Below are positions 60,492-64,000 of a DNA stretch of 64,000 nt, in pieces. The stretch lies in contig CAMWMS010000001.1 in NCBI GenBank assembly GCA_947175435.1, positions 2,851 through 66,850 on the forward strand, written 5' to 3'. How positions within the stretch are numbered: position 1 is the first letter of the stretch; the number at the start of each line of letters is the position of its first letter. Source of the stretch: an uncultured Lachnospiraceae bacterium. GTDB taxonomy: Bacteria; Bacillota; Clostridia; Lachnospirales; Lachnospiraceae. Both the position numbers and the translations under genes were made by a program. The notes under the pieces are model-generated. The model was not told where the DNA came from. It searched no databases and saw only the letters and a program-made list of their open reading frames with translations.

Positions 60492-61829
60492 ATGGATCTG
60501 TTTGAATATATGCGAAGTACAAATCAGGAGAAAGAGTCGCCGTTAGCGGCCAGACTTCGTCCGACTACTTTGGATGAAGTGGTGGGGCAGCAGCATATTA
60601 TCGGAAAGGACAAGCTGCTTTACCGTGCCATCAAGGCGGATAAACTGAGCTCTATCATATTCTACGGTCCGCCCGGAACAGGGAAGACGACGCTTGCCAG
60701 GGTCATTGCGAATACGACCAGCGCCGAGTTTACGCAGATCAACGCTACGGTCGCCGGCAAGAAAGATATGGAAGAAGTAGTGAAGAAGGCCAAAGATCTG
60801 CAGGGAATGTATGGAAAGAAAACCATACTTTTTATCGATGAGATCCATCGTTTTAATAAGGGACAGCAGGATTATCTGCTTCCGTTCGTGGAGGACGGCA
60901 CGGTGATCCTGATCGGTGCGACTACGGAGAATCCGTATTTTGAGGTGAACAGCGCGTTGATTTCCCGATCCGTTATTTTCGAATTGCATCCGTTATCCAT
61001 GGAGGATATCAGAGAATTAATTACGCGTGCGGTGTATGACAAGGATAAGGGGATGGGCGCTTATGATGCGGTTATCGATGAAGAGGCCGTATCGTTTCTC
61101 GCCGAGCTGTCGGGCGGAGATGCCAGGCATGCGCTGAATGCGGTAGAACTCGGCGTTATGACGACGAACCGCAGTGAGGACGGCAAAATTCATGTGACGC
61201 TTGAGGTGGCGCAGGAATGCATTCAGAAACGTGTGTTACGATATGATAAGACAGGGGACAACCATTATGACACCATCTCTGCATTTATTAAGAGTATGCG
61301 GGGATCCGATCCGGATGCGGCAGTCTATTATCTGAGCCGGATGCTTTACGCGGGCGAGAGTGTGACTTTTATCGCGAGACGCATCATGATCTGTGCGTCG
61401 GAGGACGTAGGCAATGCAGATCCGATGGCGTTAAATGTGGCGGTCAGTGCATCGCTGGCGGTGGAGCGGGTCGGTATGCCGGAGGCGCAGATCATCTTGT
61501 CGCAGGCGGCGTCCTATGTGGCCTGTGCGCCTAAGAGCAATGCGAGCTGCGAGGCGGTCTTTCAGGCACTGGAAACGGTGCAGCAGACCGGAAATCTGCC
61601 GATCCCCACGCATTTACAGGACGCCCATTATAAGGGGGCGGCGAAGCTGGGACACGGAACAGGCTACAAATACGCGCATGATTATCCTAACAACTATGTG
61701 GAACAACAGTATCTGCCCTATGAATTAAACGGTAAAGAATTCTATAAGCCTACCGGTAACGGTTATGAGGCTAAGATCAGGGAGCATATGAAACGAATCA
61801 AGGAAGAGGCTGCACATGATGCCAGATAA
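60492..61829 (+). CDS. rarA: Replication-associated recombination protein A
   Basis: PLAARLRP, GPPGTGKT, FIDEIHRFNK, GATTENP, ISAFIKSMRGSD. Confidence 0.95.
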   Translation: MDLFEYMRSTNQEKESPLAARLRPTTLDEVVGQQHIIGKDKLLYRAIKADKLSSIIFYGPPGTGKTTLARVIANTTSAEFTQINATVAGKKDMEEVVKKAKDLQGMYGKKTILFIDEIHRFNKGQQDYLLPFVEDGTVILIGATTENPYFEVNSALISRSVIFELHPLSMEDIRELITRAVYDKDKGMGAYDAVIDEEAVSFLAELSGGDARHALNAVELGVMTTNRSEDGKIHVTLEVAQECIQKRVLRYDKTGDNHYDTISAFIKSMRGSDPDAAVYYLSRMLYAGESVTFIARRIMICASEDVGNADPMALNVAVSASLAVERVGMPEAQIILSQAASYVACAPKSNASCEAVFQALETVQQTGNLPIPTHLQDAHYKGAAKLGHGTGYKYAHDYPNNYVEQQYLPYELNGKEFYKPTGNGYEAKIREHMKRIKEEAAHDAR

Positions 61830-63942
61830 GAAAAAAAAGCGAAGACGTGTCATAGATAAAGAAAAAGTTGCGGCTAACAAAAAGAAAGCCAAGGCCAAAA
61901 AGCAGCGTCTGAAACAGCAGTTAAAGGAAGAAAAGGCCCGGATCAGGGCGGAGAAGCGAAAAGGAAAGGTTCTGGAAGAAGCCGTCAAAATGGGAGAGTC
62001 CGTAACGGTGAACGAAGAGGGAACCGTGGAGCGCACCATCACGGTGGAAGAGACTTATACCATAGCGGAGAAACCCGAGGAACCGAAGGAGATTCGCCGG
62101 AAGAAAAAGAAGAAGATTTTTGTGGTTGCGGGCGTAGCCGCGGCATTTATGATTCTCGCAGGGACAGGCAGTTTCTTCGTTATCCGGTATTATCTAACGG
62201 AGCAGGCGAAGGAAAGTGCCGCCGTGGAAGCGATGGTACATACGGAGGCGGTAGAATTGGCCGAGTACAGCCTGCGGCAGCACAGGAAGGATCATTTGAA
62301 GCAGAACGCTGGTAAGGACGCGTCTGAGGCGCTTCTTAATGCGACCCGTTTTTTGATCGGTGGCGTGCATAACAGACCGCCGGAGATCGAACTGACGGAT
62401 GCCAATTCCTCTGATTTTATTAAGATAGAGAACTGCCTGATCAACGCTGAGACGGGTAAAGTGGATGTAACGATGTCGGCGGAAGGTCTTGCGGTCAGCG
62501 ATGACGGTTACTATTATCTTTTTGAGGAAAAGACGTACGATACGGCGCTTCGAAGCGATGAATATATTATTGAGCAGGAAAAAGATGTAAATTTGACCTT
62601 TTCGGTCAACCTAAATTATAATAAGGCAAATTCAAGGCTTTGTTCTAAGTTTGTCGTAGCAGTGAAAAAAGACGGCGAATATATGCCCATCAGTCAGCCG
62701 GGATATATCACGAATCCGGAGGCGATTGCGAAGTATAGTCCGTCTTTCGGTAATACGACATCTAAGAAGGGACTGCTGGTAGATCCGGAGAAATTGCGGA
62801 CGATGGAGTTAGACGATCTGGGTGTGAAACATGCGGCGTATAATATTCCACTCAGCAGGATTCTCGGTAACACGAGCAATGCCTATTATCCGACTGTCTA
62901 CTACACATATAATGGCAGGAGTTATGCTTTTAACGGGCAGATTATGGCTGAGTATGACTATATCTTTACCACGTTGACGAACAAAGGTATCACGACGACG
63001 GCTATCATCCTGAATGATATTCATCCCGGTTATATGGAGCTGATCCATCCGAAGGCGCGCTCCGGCGGTCATGCGCCCTACTATGCCTTCAATGCCACGG
63101 ATGAGGACGGAACGGAGTATATCGCTGCGATCGGTTCATTTCTGGCCAACCGATATTCCGGCAGTGGACACGGTAAAGTCATGAACTGGGTGATCGGCAA
63201 TGAGATCAATGCCAGAAGAGAGTGGAACTACATAGAATATATGGATACGGAAAATTATGTGAATGAATATGCCAAGGCGTTCCGTATCTTCTATAACTCC
63301 ATAGTCAGTGTAAACGGCAATGCCAGAGTCTATATCTCACTGGATCAGCAGTGGGGGAAGAGTCTTTATTCCAATAATGGCTATAGTTCCAAGGAGATTC
63401 TGGATGAATTTAACAGGAATATCAAGGCAGGCGGCAATATTGACTGGGGTGTGGCATATCACCCGTACAATTATCCGCTGACCAGCGCCAAGGCATGGAG
63501 CACCAGCGGTAAGGCAGGTTCTTATGTTCTGGATTCGGAGACATCGCCCGTGATCACGATCAAGAATATCCACGTGTTGACGGATTATTTACAAAAAGAA
63601 GAGTTTTTGACGGATTCCGGGGAAGTGAGACATGTGACTTTGAGTGAAATGGGGTATACATCATCTGCGGGACAGGATTTGCAGTCGGCTTCTTTTGTAT
63701 ATGCCTATAAGATCATCGAGGCGAACAAATATATAGACAATATGCTTTTCTCCAGACAGACGGATGCGTCGTCAGAAGTGGCGCAGGGGCTGGCGCTGGG
63801 CATCAACACTCTGGGCGGCGGGCGCAAGTCTATTTATACGGCATTCAAGTATGTGGATACGGCGGAATCCGCCAAATACACGGATTTTGCGCTGCGCGTG
63901 ATCGGAATCAGCGATTGGAGCGAAGTGATACAGCAGCACTGA
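61816..63942 (+). CDS. Membrane-anchored DUF5722-like (glycoside-hydrolase-fold) protein
   Basis: Basic N-terminus, TM, SKKGL, WVIGNEIN, AYHPY and LSEMGY motifs. Confidence 0.75.
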   Translation: MMPDKKKKRRRVIDKEKVAANKKKAKAKKQRLKQQLKEEKARIRAEKRKGKVLEEAVKMGESVTVNEEGTVERTITVEETYTIAEKPEEPKEIRRKKKKKIFVVAGVAAAFMILAGTGSFFVIRYYLTEQAKESAAVEAMVHTEAVELAEYSLRQHRKDHLKQNAGKDASEALLNATRFLIGGVHNRPPEIELTDANSSDFIKIENCLINAETGKVDVTMSAEGLAVSDDGYYYLFEEKTYDTALRSDEYIIEQEKDVNLTFSVNLNYNKANSRLCSKFVVAVKKDGEYMPISQPGYITNPEAIAKYSPSFGNTTSKKGLLVDPEKLRTMELDDLGVKHAAYNIPLSRILGNTSNAYYPTVYYTYNGRSYAFNGQIMAEYDYIFTTLTNKGITTTAIILNDIHPGYMELIHPKARSGGHAPYYAFNATDEDGTEYIAAIGSFLANRYSGSGHGKVMNWVIGNEINARREWNYIEYMDTENYVNEYAKAFRIFYNSIVSVNGNARVYISLDQQWGKSLYSNNGYSSKEILDEFNRNIKAGGNIDWGVAYHPYNYPLTSAKAWSTSGKAGSYVLDSETSPVITIKNIHVLTDYLQKEEFLTDSGEVRHVTLSEMGYTSSAGQDLQSASFVYAYKIIEANKYIDNMLFSRQTDASSEVAQGLALGINTLGGGRKSIYTAFKYVDTAESAKYTDFALRVIGISDWSEVIQQH

Positions 63943-64000
63943 TGCGCCGGGCGCAGAAAAAGAAGATCAGAACAGTTTTTCAATCAGATATTGATAGATA

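Overview
This window looks like chromosome from a Lachnospiraceae/Clostridia-like Firmicute, judged from gene content and promoter style. Housekeeping genes (ABC transporters, MFS, clpB with a CIRCE box, S66 peptidase, rarA) are interspersed with accessory loci. The main discovery is a compact ~15.5 kb integrated element (41008-56497) bounded by a perfect 16-bp att core (TTTAAGATTACGTTAA) and integrase arm-like repeats. It encodes an integrase, a repressor/Cro switch, a replication initiator with iterons, a DnaC-like loader, both terminase subunits, a putative late activator, a tail-chaperone-like protein and a tape-measure protein. It has no recognisable capsid, portal, tail tube or lysis genes, so it is a candidate tail-remodelling phage satellite. 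Its left end is dense in small RNAs: a PBECR-like nuclease gene followed by a separately promoted, highly structured ~140-nt RNA (candidate RNA-antitoxin system), an unannotated 27-aa type I toxin with an antisense RNA, and antisense-controlled leaders. Elsewhere are an effector-less ZorA/ZorB-like pair, a stand-alone SIR2-TPR protein, a BlaI/M56 regulon with a visible operator, sigma28-type promoters ahead of orphan genes, a frameshifted giant surface protein beside an integrase remnant, and a response regulator with a nonsense codon. All protein family calls come from motif recognition by eye; no database search was run.
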